Origin: Myxococcota bacterium
Lineage (GTDB): Bacteria > Myxococcota > XYA12-FULL-58-9 > JALHOP01
Length of the DNA stretch: 64,000 nt
Assembly (NCBI GenBank): GCA_041288095.1
Contig: JBGGMJ010000197.1
Location: 1 to 64,000, forward strand
Direction of reading: 5' to 3'
A program made the position numbers and the translations under genes. Shown here piece after piece: positions 42,759 through 52,560 of this stretch. Each line of letters opens with the position of its first letter. Positions within the stretch are counted from its first letter, which is position 1. The notes beneath the pieces are model-generated. The model made no database searches, was not told the DNA's origin, and was given only the letters and a program-made list of their open reading frames with translations.

Positions 42759-43463
42759 ATGCGGTATGTCGGCACAGTGGTCGTATGCTCCGCTATCGCG
42801 GTTGCGTGTGACCGGCCGAGAGACGCGGGCCCGGTGGTTCAACCAGAGACCCCGGCAATCGGCGACGTCGACACCGGCACCACCAGCGCGCGACCAATCG
42901 CGACCGCCGAAGCGGACACAGACATCGTCGTGCGACCGGCGACGCCTTTGCCACCGCCGGCTCCGGCGCCCCCCACCGACGTTGCCGCGGGCGCCGATGC
43001 CGCCGCGCAACCGGCGACCCCGGTCGCACCCACCGTGCCGGGAAACGTGCTCGTGCCGCCGGGCTACGCCGTCGGTCCCAAGCCCACCGAGCTCTCGCAT
43101 CCCGAGGATGCCCCACCGTCCGCCGAGCCGCGCGCCGATCTCAGCGCCCGCGTCGTCCTCGACGCCGGCCAGATGCGCTACGAGCTCTACGCGACCGCGC
43201 CCAAACCATGGGTCGTCAAGAGCGAGACCCCGTTCAACCTGACGCTGCGCCCGAGCAACGGCGTCCGCCTGCGCAAGCAGGTCTACGACCGCCGTGACTT
43301 CGCCGACCCGCGCGCCGAGGTGAAGCAAATCAACGCCGAGCTCGAAGCAGGGCCCGGCGAGCACACCATCGAAGCCGCGGCCGAGCTCTACGTTTGCTCG
43401 GCGGAGCTCTGCAAACGCATCAACCAGAAGTTGCGAACGGCGTTCACCATCCCGAAAAGTTGA
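42759..43463 (+). CDS. Probable lipoprotein with a Pro-rich linker and a DsbD-N-like C-terminal domain
   Basis: Lipobox-like IAVAC; C-terminal YVCSAELC (C-x4-C). Confidence 0.55.
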   Translation: MRYVGTVVVCSAIAVACDRPRDAGPVVQPETPAIGDVDTGTTSARPIATAEADTDIVVRPATPLPPPAPAPPTDVAAGADAAAQPATPVAPTVPGNVLVPPGYAVGPKPTELSHPEDAPPSAEPRADLSARVVLDAGQMRYELYATAPKPWVVKSETPFNLTLRPSNGVRLRKQVYDRRDFADPRAEVKQINAELEAGPGEHTIEAAAELYVCSAELCKRINQKLRTAFTIPKS

Positions 43464-44337
43464 TGCCGCCGAGCAAGTAAGGAATCGCGCGGCTCACGTC
43501 TTCGCCAGTGCGGTATTTGCTCGCGATGTACCACTGCGTCGTCAGGAACAGGGTCGGCTCGCGGAACTTGCCGGTCTTCTCGAGGCTGAGCTTGTAGGCG
43601 ATGATCGGGCCCATGCGATCGGTCGGAAGATTGTCGGGGTCGCGATCCTCTCCGGGGAGGAAAACCCAGTCGGGGTAGATGGCGGTGATCAGCGTGTTGC
43701 GGACCCCCACGGTGAGCCGGTCGGTCACCAACCACAAGAAGTCGCTGTCGTTCTGAATGACCCAGCCGCGCTTGGGTGTGGCGATGTCCCAGACGAAGTC
43801 GTAGTACACGGTGTCGCTGCCCTGGAGATTGGCGTGCAGGTACGAGCCGACCGTCTCCGAGCGCACGACGAAGCGCTTCACCTTCATCTGCAATAGCAGA
43901 GCGATGTTCCACTGGTGGATCCAGGCGGAGTACGAGGGGCGATTCTCGGCTTGGCTCGGCCGGTAGTCGGCGTTGGGCGACTGAAAGGACTGCAAGCTGT
44001 CGAAGGTGCCCCAGTAGTAAATGGGCGTGTACGAGGCGGAGAGGCGCAGGATGTTGATGGGCTGAGCGGTGATGCCGACGCCGGGGCCGATGGTCGCGGG
44101 TGAGGCGAAGAGAGTGGCTTCGGCGCGGACGTAGGTGCCGGCCCAAAGAGGATCGGTCTCGTCGGCCGAGGCCAGCGGCTTGGTGAGACGGAGCTGGAAT
44201 TGCTCGAAAAGGCCGAGCGGATTGATACGGGCGCCCGTGGTGCTGGAGTAGGTGGGGACGAGCTCGGCTCGCGCGGGACTCGCCAGGAGAAGCAGGAAGG
44301 CGACGACCGAGAGGCGAGTGCTACCGATTGCCGACAT
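43444..44337 (-). CDS. Exported, probable outer-membrane beta-barrel protein
   Basis: Signal peptide ending ARA, alternating aromatic beta strands and a terminal aromatic residue (GINFSGW). Confidence 0.6.
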   Translation of the reverse strand: MSAIGSTRLSVVAFLLLLASPARAELVPTYSSTTGARINPLGLFEQFQLRLTKPLASADETDPLWAGTYVRAEATLFASPATIGPGVGITAQPINILRLSASYTPIYYWGTFDSLQSFQSPNADYRPSQAENRPSYSAWIHQWNIALLLQMKVKRFVVRSETVGSYLHANLQGSDTVYYDFVWDIATPKRGWVIQNDSDFLWLVTDRLTVGVRNTLITAIYPDWVFLPGEDRDPDNLPTDRMGPIIAYKLSLEKTGKFREPTLFLTTQWYIASKYRTGEDVSRAIPYLLGGINFSGW

Positions 44338-44348
44338 CCGATCTCCGA

Positions 44349-45950
44349 TCATGACTTGTCCGCTTTAGCGAGCTCGTCTTCGATATCGATGCCGTATTCC
44401 TCGAGCTTGCGGTGGATGGTCGAGCGCGAGATGCCGAGCGCCGATGCCGCATCCGTCTTGTTGCCCCGGTGTTTCACCAGCTCTGCGACGATGGTGCCGC
44501 GCTCGACGTCAGCCAGCGTACGGCCGTCGCCGCTGCCGCCGCCGGTTCGGGCCTTCGACGTGCTCGGCGGGAAGACGACGTCGGTGGTCGTGAGAACATC
44601 AGCGGTGCGCATGAGAACGGCGCGCTGCACGACGTTGCGTAGCTCGCGGACGTTCCCCGGCCAGCGGTGGCCGTTGAGCAGGCGCATCGCGGCGTCGTCG
44701 AAGCGCACACGCTCGCCCTCCGGCACGAGCTGCTCGAGGAAGAAGGCTACGAGCTCGGGAATGTCCGCGGCGCGGTCGCGTAAGGGCGGCAGCGGCAAGG
44801 CGAGCACATGCAAACGGTGGAAGAGGTCTTCGCGAAAGCGATTGGCCGCGACCTCTTCCTCGAGACGTCGATTGGTGGCGGCGATGACGCGAACGTCGAC
44901 CTTGACGTCTTCGTTGCCGCCGACGCGGTGGACCTCGCCAGTCTCGAGGACGCGCAAGAGCTGTGGCTGCAGGTCGGTGGGCAGCTCACCGATCTCGTCG
45001 AGGAACAACGTGCCGCCATGGGCTTGTTCGAAGGCACCGGCCTTGCGCGACACCGCGCCGGTGAACGCGCCTTTCTCGTGACCGAAGAGCTCGGACTCGA
45101 TGAGCGTTCGCGAAAGCGCTCCGCAGTTGATGGCGACGAACGGTTTGCCGGAGCGTTTGCCGTGCGACGCGATGAGGCGGGCCACGACCTCTTTCCCGGT
45201 CCCGGTTTCGCCGTGCAGCAGCACCGGCGCATCGTTCGCCGCCATGCGCTCCGCCAGGGTCCGCACGCGCAGCGCCTTGTCAGAACCGCCGACATATCCG
45301 GATGCTGGAAGCTCGGTGTCCGCTTCAGCGGTCGCTGGCAGCACCTCGATGTCGATACGGCCAATGCGCACGGTCGCTGGCGGAACGACCTCGGCGGCTT
45401 GCACCTTTTGCTCGCCGATGAACACACCGTTGCGGCTGCCGACGTCGTGGACCATGCAGCGACCGTTTTCCAGCACGACGCGCGCATGGAAGCTCGACAC
45501 ATAGGGGTCGGCGAGGACCACGTCGTTGCTCACGTCGGAGCCGACGGTGACACCGCGCTTGCCGATGTCGTGCGTGCGCTCACCGACCTTGAGCACGAAG
45601 GCAGCGCCCGCCTTGGTCTCCCGGTGCAGGGTACGCGTGCCTTCTCCAGATGGGTTCCCGCCGCGATAGCGGACGGTCGCGGTGACCGGACCGAGCTGGA
45701 TCACGTCACCGTCGGCTAGGCGGGCCTCGCTGCTGACGATCTCGCCGGCGACCCGCGTGCCGTCTTTCGACTCGTCCACCAGGACGAGCAGCGGGCCCGA
45801 ACGGCGCAAGGTGCACTGGAACGGCGCAACCGCCGCGTCCGGCACCGAGAGATCACAGTCGGGGTTACGGCCGATGCTGAACAGAGGCGTATCGATGCTG
45901 CGCCACAATGTGTCGCGGCCGCCTACCGTGAGCATCAAGCCGACCTGCAT
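44349..45950 (-). CDS. sigma54-dependent enhancer-binding protein with two FHA domains
   Basis: [38 protein letters not shown], a Fis-type HTH, and two N-terminal FHA domains. Confidence 0.93.
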   Translation of the reverse strand: MQVGLMLTVGGRDTLWRSIDTPLFSIGRNPDCDLSVPDAAVAPFQCTLRRSGPLLVLVDESKDGTRVAGEIVSSEARLADGDVIQLGPVTATVRYRGGNPSGEGTRTLHRETKAGAAFVLKVGERTHDIGKRGVTVGSDVSNDVVLADPYVSSFHARVVLENGRCMVHDVGSRNGVFIGEQKVQAAEVVPPATVRIGRIDIEVLPATAEADTELPASGYVGGSDKALRVRTLAERMAANDAPVLLHGETGTGKEVVARLIASHGKRSGKPFVAINCGALSRTLIESELFGHEKGAFTGAVSRKAGAFEQAHGGTLFLDEIGELPTDLQPQLLRVLETGEVHRVGGNEDVKVDVRVIAATNRRLEEEVAANRFREDLFHRLHVLALPLPPLRDRAADIPELVAFFLEQLVPEGERVRFDDAAMRLLNGHRWPGNVRELRNVVQRAVLMRTADVLTTTDVVFPPSTSKARTGGGSGDGRTLADVERGTIVAELVKHRGNKTDAASALGISRSTIHRKLEEYGIDIEDELAKADKS

Positions 45951-45977
45951 CGGCGTGTCTTAGCGCGAAACCCGGCG

Positions 45978-46316
45978 TCAGCGAAATGCGCTTGCGCGCT
46001 TGCGCCGCGCCCGAAAGGCACGGAGGCGCCGCCATTGGTGGATGCCCCAGAGGATGGCGCTGCCGACCGGCCGCCGCAGGACCGGCACGTCTTGAGCGAT
46101 GAGCATGAGCCCGAGCGGCAGCATGTAGAGACCAAGCACCGGCAGGAACCAGAGGAAACCCGCGACGATGAAGAGCAGAGCCAGCGGGATCCGGAGCTTG
46201 CGGCTCTTGGGGTCGCGCAGCCAGCGCAGCATGCGGGCCAGGCGCTCCGGCACCTCTTCTTCGAGCCGGTCGAAGGCCTGGTCCAAGGTCTGTTTTCCGT
46301 CGTCGCCTTCAGCCAT
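45978..46316 (-). CDS. Small membrane protein
   Basis: Hydrophobic hairpin LLFIVAGFLWFLPVLGLYMLPLGLMLIAQDVP; AGGT RBS-like site. Confidence 0.75.
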   Translation of the reverse strand: MAEGDDGKQTLDQAFDRLEEEVPERLARMLRWLRDPKSRKLRIPLALLFIVAGFLWFLPVLGLYMLPLGLMLIAQDVPVLRRPVGSAILWGIHQWRRLRAFRARRKRASAFR

Positions 46317-46380
46317 CGACCTACGATGCGCACCCCAGACAGCGCCGCCACGCCACCATGACGTTTTGTCATGTTTTCAC

Positions 46381-46408
46381 GAAACGAAAGGCGGGGGTCG
46401 GCCGATAA
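46381..46408 (+). promoter_or_regulatory. sigma28-like promoter motif GAAAC-N15-GCCGATAA
   Basis: Perfect GCCGATAA at 46401-46408, 50 nt before TTG 46459. Confidence 0.7.
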
Positions 46409-46458
46409 AGACATAGATCCCCAGAAACTGGGGATTTTTCGGCTTCCGGGAGTCGCGC

Positions 46459-49400
46459 TTGAGTGATTTGGCGCCAGATCGAGTGGGAGCAGCGCGTCAC
46501 GTCCGCGCAGTCAGCACCACCGAGGCCGAGCAGCCGGCGGCCCGTCCCCGCCTGGTCGAGCCGAACGCCCGTACCGTCCGCATCCCGGCTTCCTACCAGG
46601 CGCGCCTTCAGGTCCCTGGATCGCAGCGCCTGACTCGCCTCCCAGGCAGCGCCCCGAACGATCAAATCGCGCGCCGCGTCGCGCAAGCCGCGAGCGCCGA
46701 CGAGCTCATCGAGATCTTCGCCGGCATGCCGGCCCGACAACGGGCCGAAGTCGCGCAAGCATGGCTCGCGCAAGCACAGCGCCGCCGCGTGCCCGGCGAC
46801 CAGGCACTGGCGGCGCTCACGGAGCACGTCGGCCGCTTCGGCAACCGCGCCGAGCGCGTGCTCCTCGAAGACATCGTCCGCCCGGAGAACCAGAGCGGCA
46901 TCATCTCCGACGCCGCGACCGTCCACCTCGACCTGCAAGGCTTGATGTTCTTCGAGCACCTCGGAATCGGCGCGCCCAACCACGAAGCAGCCGCGATGTT
47001 GCTCGAGCGCCGTAGCCAGCGCGAGATCGATGCCCTCGACGGCGATCTCCGCAACCGCTTCGGCTCGACGCTCGCACAGCGCGTCGACGCGGTACCCGAC
47101 GCACGCGGCCGGGCACGCCTGCAGTTCCTCACCAACCGCGCCAACCGAGACCGCAACGGCGAGCTATCGCCGGGCGCCGTCGACGCCTGGTCGGTGCGTG
47201 AGGGTCTCGGCGGCTTCAGCTTCATGGAGCGCTTCGAGCGCTCGCTCCCCTGGAACGACGACAACTCCCGCGCCGCCACCATCCAGCAGATGTTGACGAT
47301 GACGCCGGAGCGCGCCACGGCGATGCGGCGGCAATACGCCAATGTCCGCGGTGACGGACCACGCATCCCGGAGCCCACCGAAGAAGTGCGCGGCCTCGGC
47401 GACTACCGCTTGCGCCAAGCGGCACGCGGTCTCGCGCTCGATCCCGATCGCACGCACAGCAACACCGTCATCGAGGATCAGACGCGCCAAGTCGCGCGCT
47501 ACATCGCGGCGACCATCTTGCACCGGGAGCAGCGCGGCGCGACCCGCGCCGAGGTCGAGCAAGCGGTTGCCATGGTGCGCCCGAACCTCGCATCGGGCCA
47601 GCAACGCGACGGCCGCGCTAGCTTCGATGACGTGGCACGCGCCTACTACGAGATGTCACACGAGGTACGTGGCGAGCGCCCGCAGCCGTGGCGCGGCCAG
47701 GGTGGCTTGAGCGACGCCGAGCGCGCCCGCTGGAAGCAGAATGTCGGTGCGCGGATCCAGGGGGACGTCCCGCGCGCGGACGTCGACGGTCTGCTCGCTG
47801 GTCGTGGAGCCGATTCACCGCAAGCGCGCGCCGGCCGCATCGCTCGCGCCGCTGCCGGCAACTTCGTCGGCCCCTACCTCGACGAGCTCAACCGCGCGCT
47901 CGACCTGTCACGCATTCCAGCCGAGCAGCGACCGCGCTACCTCGCCGAGATGCGCGCGACGTTCCGCCAAGGCGGACGCGATCTCGACACCATCGTTCGT
48001 GAGCGCGCCGGCCGCCCCCTCACCCTCCCCACCGGCCGCCAAGTCCCTTCGCAAGCCATGGCGACGCTCGCGGCCAACGGCACGCTCAGCGACGAGCAAC
48101 GCATCATGTACGCGCTCCACGACAAGGGCCCGATGGGCGCCGGCCGCCCGCGCCTCGGTGACATCGGCGCCATCGGGACAGAGCTCACCCCGCTCGACCG
48201 TCACCTCGCGCGCCAGCGCTACCAGGCGCTCACCGGCGGCAACTTGCTCGAGGACCTGGGCAACGTCCAGGGCTACGAGGCCCGCCTCGCCGAGTCGGCC
48301 TTCCACATCTCACCGTCCGACAACAACGCCATCGCGACGCAGCTCATCACCATGACGGTGCCGCTCAGCGCCGAGAACCTGCCGCCGGGCGTGAGCCTCC
48401 GCCAGGCCCAAGCCGCGCGCGACCGCTACTGGGCAACCGTTTTCCCGGACCGCGCGCAACGCGAAGCATTCCTGCGCCCCTTCCAAGGGCCGGGTGCTCC
48501 GCAGGCGGTCATGGATTTCGCGGCGCGCGCCATCGACCGGCCCGAGGTGATCACCGGCAGCCTGCAGCGCTTGATCGGCGAGGCGGAGGGCACACGCTTC
48601 GCCGCCGCGGTCACGAGCATCTTCGGCCACCGCAACGCCCGCGAGCTCGCCAACGGCAAGTATCAGACGGTCCGCAATCTGCTCGCCGGTGCCGCCGCCA
48701 ACGGTTGGCGCGAGCAGGACCTGGCGACCATCCCGCCACAACAGCTCGCCGGCCTCATCGCCGAGGTTCGTGCCCGCGCCCGCCAGCAAGGCGTCGCCGT
48801 CGACCGCTTGAGCGACCAAGCCGTGACCATCATGACGCTCGCGGCGCTTGGGCTCGGTGGCGGCTTGAATCCGCTGGCGGCCGCCGGTCTCACTGCTCTC
48901 GCCCGGGTCGGTGCCCGCGCCGCGACTGGCCGCTTGAACGGACAGCTCATGCGCGAGGCGATGCTCGGTGCCTTGCCCGGCCTCACGTTCGGCGTGGCCC
49001 GCTATTTCCCGACCGGTCTCGTCGGCACCTCGCTCGCCGGCGGCTTCGCCTACTCCGGCTTCAATCTCCCCAATCACATCAGCAACGCGCCACTGCACGA
49101 CCCAGCCGTGGCCTTCGAATACATCAGCCGTAACTCGGGCCGCGACTTCGTCTTCGGCACCGCGACCACCGCCGCGTTCTACGCGGCGATGCGGGCCATG
49201 GTGCCCAAGCGTGAACGTCCACCGACGTCGCAACAACCGGGAGGCAACCAGCCGACCCCGGGCCGCGGCGAGCCGCCGCTCGATCGCCCAGTCACTCCGG
49301 ATCGCCCGACCAACCCCGGCGGTCGGCCCGGCGTCGGCCCGACGCAGACCTCCACGCCCGGCGGTCCCCCGCAGCGGCCCAGCGTACGCCCCGATGTGCA

Positions 49401-49596
49401 AACCGGCACGACGCGCCTTCCCGCCGAACGCGTCAGCAGCGGTGTCCGCCCGAGCGGATCAACTCCGGCACGCGACATTCCCGCGCGCACCCAGCCCGTA
49501 CCGCCGCGGACCGGCCAGCACGGAACCGTCGGGAGTCCGGTCGGCGAGCGCGTCGGTAGCGGCGTCGTGCCCGCGGCCCGTCCGGGTGCCCGCTAA
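46459..49596 (+). CDS. Large protein with annexin-like repeats, a Gly/Ala-rich hydrophobic region and a Pro-rich tail
   Basis: 1045-aa ORF with a GGGAG RBS before TTG. One repeat reads GIGAPNHEAAAMLLERRSQREIDALDGDLRNRFGSTLAQRV. Confidence 0.7.
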   Translation: MSDLAPDRVGAARHVRAVSTTEAEQPAARPRLVEPNARTVRIPASYQARLQVPGSQRLTRLPGSAPNDQIARRVAQAASADELIEIFAGMPARQRAEVAQAWLAQAQRRRVPGDQALAALTEHVGRFGNRAERVLLEDIVRPENQSGIISDAATVHLDLQGLMFFEHLGIGAPNHEAAAMLLERRSQREIDALDGDLRNRFGSTLAQRVDAVPDARGRARLQFLTNRANRDRNGELSPGAVDAWSVREGLGGFSFMERFERSLPWNDDNSRAATIQQMLTMTPERATAMRRQYANVRGDGPRIPEPTEEVRGLGDYRLRQAARGLALDPDRTHSNTVIEDQTRQVARYIAATILHREQRGATRAEVEQAVAMVRPNLASGQQRDGRASFDDVARAYYEMSHEVRGERPQPWRGQGGLSDAERARWKQNVGARIQGDVPRADVDGLLAGRGADSPQARAGRIARAAAGNFVGPYLDELNRALDLSRIPAEQRPRYLAEMRATFRQGGRDLDTIVRERAGRPLTLPTGRQVPSQAMATLAANGTLSDEQRIMYALHDKGPMGAGRPRLGDIGAIGTELTPLDRHLARQRYQALTGGNLLEDLGNVQGYEARLAESAFHISPSDNNAIATQLITMTVPLSAENLPPGVSLRQAQAARDRYWATVFPDRAQREAFLRPFQGPGAPQAVMDFAARAIDRPEVITGSLQRLIGEAEGTRFAAAVTSIFGHRNARELANGKYQTVRNLLAGAAANGWREQDLATIPPQQLAGLIAEVRARARQQGVAVDRLSDQAVTIMTLAALGLGGGLNPLAAAGLTALARVGARAATGRLNGQLMREAMLGALPGLTFGVARYFPTGLVGTSLAGGFAYSGFNLPNHISNAPLHDPAVAFEYISRNSGRDFVFGTATTAAFYAAMRAMVPKRERPPTSQQPGGNQPTPGRGEPPLDRPVTPDRPTNPGGRPGVGPTQTSTPGGPPQRPSVRPDVQTGTTRLPAERVSSGVRPSGSTPARDIPARTQPVPPRTGQHGTVGSPVGERVGSGVVPAARPGAR

Positions 49597-49607
49597 AGCG
49601 GCCTACA

Positions 49608-50522
49608 TCACTTGCGACAAGCGCCCTTGCTGGGTTGCGGTTTCTGCACCGTGCCGCGCAACGGGATGTTGATGGTACCCGAGGGATCCTTCTGGAACTG
49701 GATCTCCGCGAGCTGCATCGCCGAGCGCACCTTTTCGTTCTTGGCGAGCCACTCGGGATCGGCCTTGAGCTGGGCGCATAGATCGAGCGTCGACGTGTCG
49801 AACTTGGGCCGCAGGGCCATCTCGCCACCGAAGCCGAGCGTCAGGTTGCCGCCGCTGTTCTCGAACTTGGTCACTTTGGCTTTGCCGTCCTTGAGATCGA
49901 GGACGGCCTTGAGGTTTCCGAGCGTCACTTGCGGCACCGTAAAGCCCAACACGGCACCGGGCCCGACGCTGCCGCCCTTGAGCTCGAGCTCGAGATTGCC
50001 GGTGGACGCGTTGGGTTGCTCGGCGAGATAGATGCTGCCGCTGGCGTTGAGCTTTCCGGCGAGCGGAATGCCCGCGAGCTTGGGGAGCAGCGGCGGCTGC
50101 GTGAAGTCGACATCGTCGATGTCGAAGTCCGCGTCGATGATCTCACCGCGCTTCGAGAAGTCCGCGTGAATGACCCCGTCGCCGAGCTCGAGCTTCGCGT
50201 GCACCGCGGTGCGCAGGAGCAAGAGCGGCAAGATCTTAACGCGCGCGGCCACCTGATCGAAGTCGAGGATCAGTGGGTCCTTGCCGTCTTGCAGGATGGT
50301 GACCTTGACGCTCGACAGCGATACTCCGCTGAAGCGGTAGAGCGAGGCGTCACCGAACGAGAAGCTGACCTTGCCCTTCGACTGCTTCTGCACCTCGTGC
50401 GCGAGGCGCTGGCCCACCGCTTCCGCTGGGAAGGTGAGGTAGAAGGAGATCAAGAGCGCGCCAAGGCCGAACGCCACGTAGGCGAGGGTCGTGAGCAGCT
50501 TCTTGTTCTGGAGGATCTCCAT
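49608..50522 (-). CDS. gspN: Type II secretion protein N
   Basis: N-terminal TM followed by FYLTFP, a beta-rich body, last gene of the gsp operon, and TGATG coupling to gspM. Confidence 0.8.
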   Translation of the reverse strand: MEILQNKKLLTTLAYVAFGLGALLISFYLTFPAEAVGQRLAHEVQKQSKGKVSFSFGDASLYRFSGVSLSSVKVTILQDGKDPLILDFDQVAARVKILPLLLLRTAVHAKLELGDGVIHADFSKRGEIIDADFDIDDVDFTQPPLLPKLAGIPLAGKLNASGSIYLAEQPNASTGNLELELKGGSVGPGAVLGFTVPQVTLGNLKAVLDLKDGKAKVTKFENSGGNLTLGFGGEMALRPKFDTSTLDLCAQLKADPEWLAKNEKVRSAMQLAEIQFQKDPSGTINIPLRGTVQKPQPSKGACRK

Positions 50523-51082
50523 CAACCTTGCTTCGTCTTGTAGGTGGTGAGCGTCAGCTCGACGTCGACGGTGTCGCGCTTGTAGGGCCGCTGTACCTTC
50601 AAGCGCCGCGCTATCACCAGATCCTTGGAGTTTTCGATCAACTCGAGGAACTTCTGCAAGCGATCGGCGGAGAGCCCCGCGACGCGCAGATCGACGCGCG
50701 ACTCGACGATGCCCTCGGCGTTGGGCTCACCGTCCTCGGGTTTGAGTTGACCGATCTCGACGCCGGCTTGCCGCGCGAAATCCTCGACGATCGACACGAG
50801 CCGAACGTTCGAGCGTCCGAGCTCTCGCATCTTCGCTTCGCGCTCTTGCTGGCGTGCTTTGTATTCGCCCTGAAGCTGCAGCACCTGCGTGAGCTGGTCG
50901 GTCTTCACCTTGACGCGATTTTCGGCGCGGCTGATGGCGCCCGACACGAACATGCCGACCATCGCGAAGACGGTGAGCACCACGGCGGCTGCGCAGCCCA
51001 GCACCATGAGCTGTTCACGCTGCGTGAGGCGGCCGAAGGCTTCGCGCGCCAGAGCGATCTGTTCCTTGAGACGATCCATCAT
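50522..51082 (-). CDS. gspM: Type II secretion protein M
   Basis: RLTQREQLMV plus TM and coiled coil; ATGA overlap with gspL. Confidence 0.8.
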   Translation of the reverse strand: MMDRLKEQIALAREAFGRLTQREQLMVLGCAAAVVLTVFAMVGMFVSGAISRAENRVKVKTDQLTQVLQLQGEYKARQQEREAKMRELGRSNVRLVSIVEDFARQAGVEIGQLKPEDGEPNAEGIVESRVDLRVAGLSADRLQKFLELIENSKDLVIARRLKVQRPYKRDTVDVELTLTTYKTKQG

Positions 51083-52554
51083 TGCTCCGCCTGCGCCGTC
51101 GGAGCCGCGCCGGTCTGGCCGGGCAGCACGCCGATGGGACATTGCACTTGTACGGTGAGCGCGAACTCGACGCGGCCGGCGTCGATCTTCTTCTGGCGCG
51201 AGACGTCGACGTCCTTGACGCAACGGTCGAGGCGCAGCTTGCTCGCGACCTCTTCGACCACTTCGAAGCTGCCGGCGTCACCCTTGCCGGTAACGCGGTC
51301 ATTCTGATCGGCGCGGCCATCCACGCGCATCTCGAGATCGGCGAACTGCACGTCGATGCCCTCGAGCGACTGCGACATCATGGCGAGCAGCGACGAGGCG
51401 GAGTAAGCCGGCACGACGACACCATCCGCCGCTCCTGGCGTCTGCTTGATGATCGCCATCACCGCATTGGGGTCGCAAACCTCGCGGCCGATGATCTTCC
51501 GCGAGGCGTCGCAGAAGCCCTGATTGATCTTCCGCTCCTCGGCGGAAATCATGCTATAGCGGACAATCGAGCCGAGGATCGCGAAGAGTAGCACCGCTCC
51601 GAGCCCGACGGCCATGCGGGTGAACTCGCCGCGATAGACCTGCAAGTCACCGTGGTAGGAGAGATCGCCGCGACGGAAGTTCAAGGGAATGCCGCGCCCT
51701 CGGCGTAACAAGGACGCCGCGAGCCCGACCGCGACGGCGTACTCGGGCCCGATGGCGTTCGCTCCGACGTCGACGGGCGCGACCCCGGCCACGATGTCGA
51801 GGAGCTCGACGGGCAACGACAAGCGCATCGAGAGATCTTGCGCGACGCCCGCGAATCGCGAGCCGCCGCCGGTGAGCAGAATGCGCGTCGGCTGCATGGC
51901 GGGTGGCAAGGCGCGCAACGTGGTGGTGAGCTCGCGCGCCAAGACCGTGAGGTGCGCCTCGTTGTGGCTATCGAGCCCGATGCGCAAGGTGCGCGCGAAC
52001 TGCAGGCCGCGGCGCACCAGCGCGAAGTGCGTGGTGGTGGTGTCGATACAGACCACGGCGGTGAATTCGTCGGACGCGGGCGTGAGCTCCGCCAAAGCGG
52101 CCGAGGGCAACACGACCGCGCGCGGCTCGAGGCCGACCGTCGCCATCGCATCGATGAGCCCGCGTACCGTGTCCTTGGCGGCGAGCGCCGCGACCGCCTC
52201 GGTGCGTCCATCGGCCGCGTGGCCGACGTGCCAGGTGACGGCGGTCTTCTCGAGCTCGTAAGGGATGACGCTCTCGAGCTCGAACGAGACCGCGGCGTCC
52301 ACCTTGCGCGGGTCCACGAACGGAAAGCTCAGCGAACGGGTCGAGGCGGCGCGGCCGTCACTCGACACCACGACATTGTCGACCTCTTTCGGGACATAAT
52401 CGCGGACGAGCTGCCAGAGACCCGCGGCATCGGTCTCGGCCGGGATCGGAACCGTGGTCACCATGGTGACCTGGGCTTTGCGGAAGGTCGCCTCGAGCGC
52501 CACCACGCGCACGGCGTTGGTCGAGACATCCAATGCTACGAGTCGCTGGCCCAC
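51079..52554 (-). CDS. gspL: Type II secretion protein L (PilM-like plus PilN-like domains)
   Basis: VALDV, RSLSFPF, LLTGGGS, LNFRRG, a TM helix and a periplasmic domain. Confidence 0.85.
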   Translation of the reverse strand: MGQRLVALDVSTNAVRVVALEATFRKAQVTMVTTVPIPAETDAAGLWQLVRDYVPKEVDNVVVSSDGRAASTRSLSFPFVDPRKVDAAVSFELESVIPYELEKTAVTWHVGHAADGRTEAVAALAAKDTVRGLIDAMATVGLEPRAVVLPSAALAELTPASDEFTAVVCIDTTTTHFALVRRGLQFARTLRIGLDSHNEAHLTVLARELTTTLRALPPAMQPTRILLTGGGSRFAGVAQDLSMRLSLPVELLDIVAGVAPVDVGANAIGPEYAVAVGLAASLLRRGRGIPLNFRRGDLSYHGDLQVYRGEFTRMAVGLGAVLLFAILGSIVRYSMISAEERKINQGFCDASRKIIGREVCDPNAVMAIIKQTPGAADGVVVPAYSASSLLAMMSQSLEGIDVQFADLEMRVDGRADQNDRVTGKGDAGSFEVVEEVASKLRLDRCVKDVDVSRQKKIDAGRVEFALTVQVQCPIGVLPGQTGAAPTAQAEQ

Positions 52555-52560
52555 GGCGCG

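Noticed and set aside
46459..49596. The idea that the annexin-like protein is a substrate of the adjacent T2SS
   Set aside because: It has no Sec or Tat signal, lies on the opposite strand and has a different promoter type.
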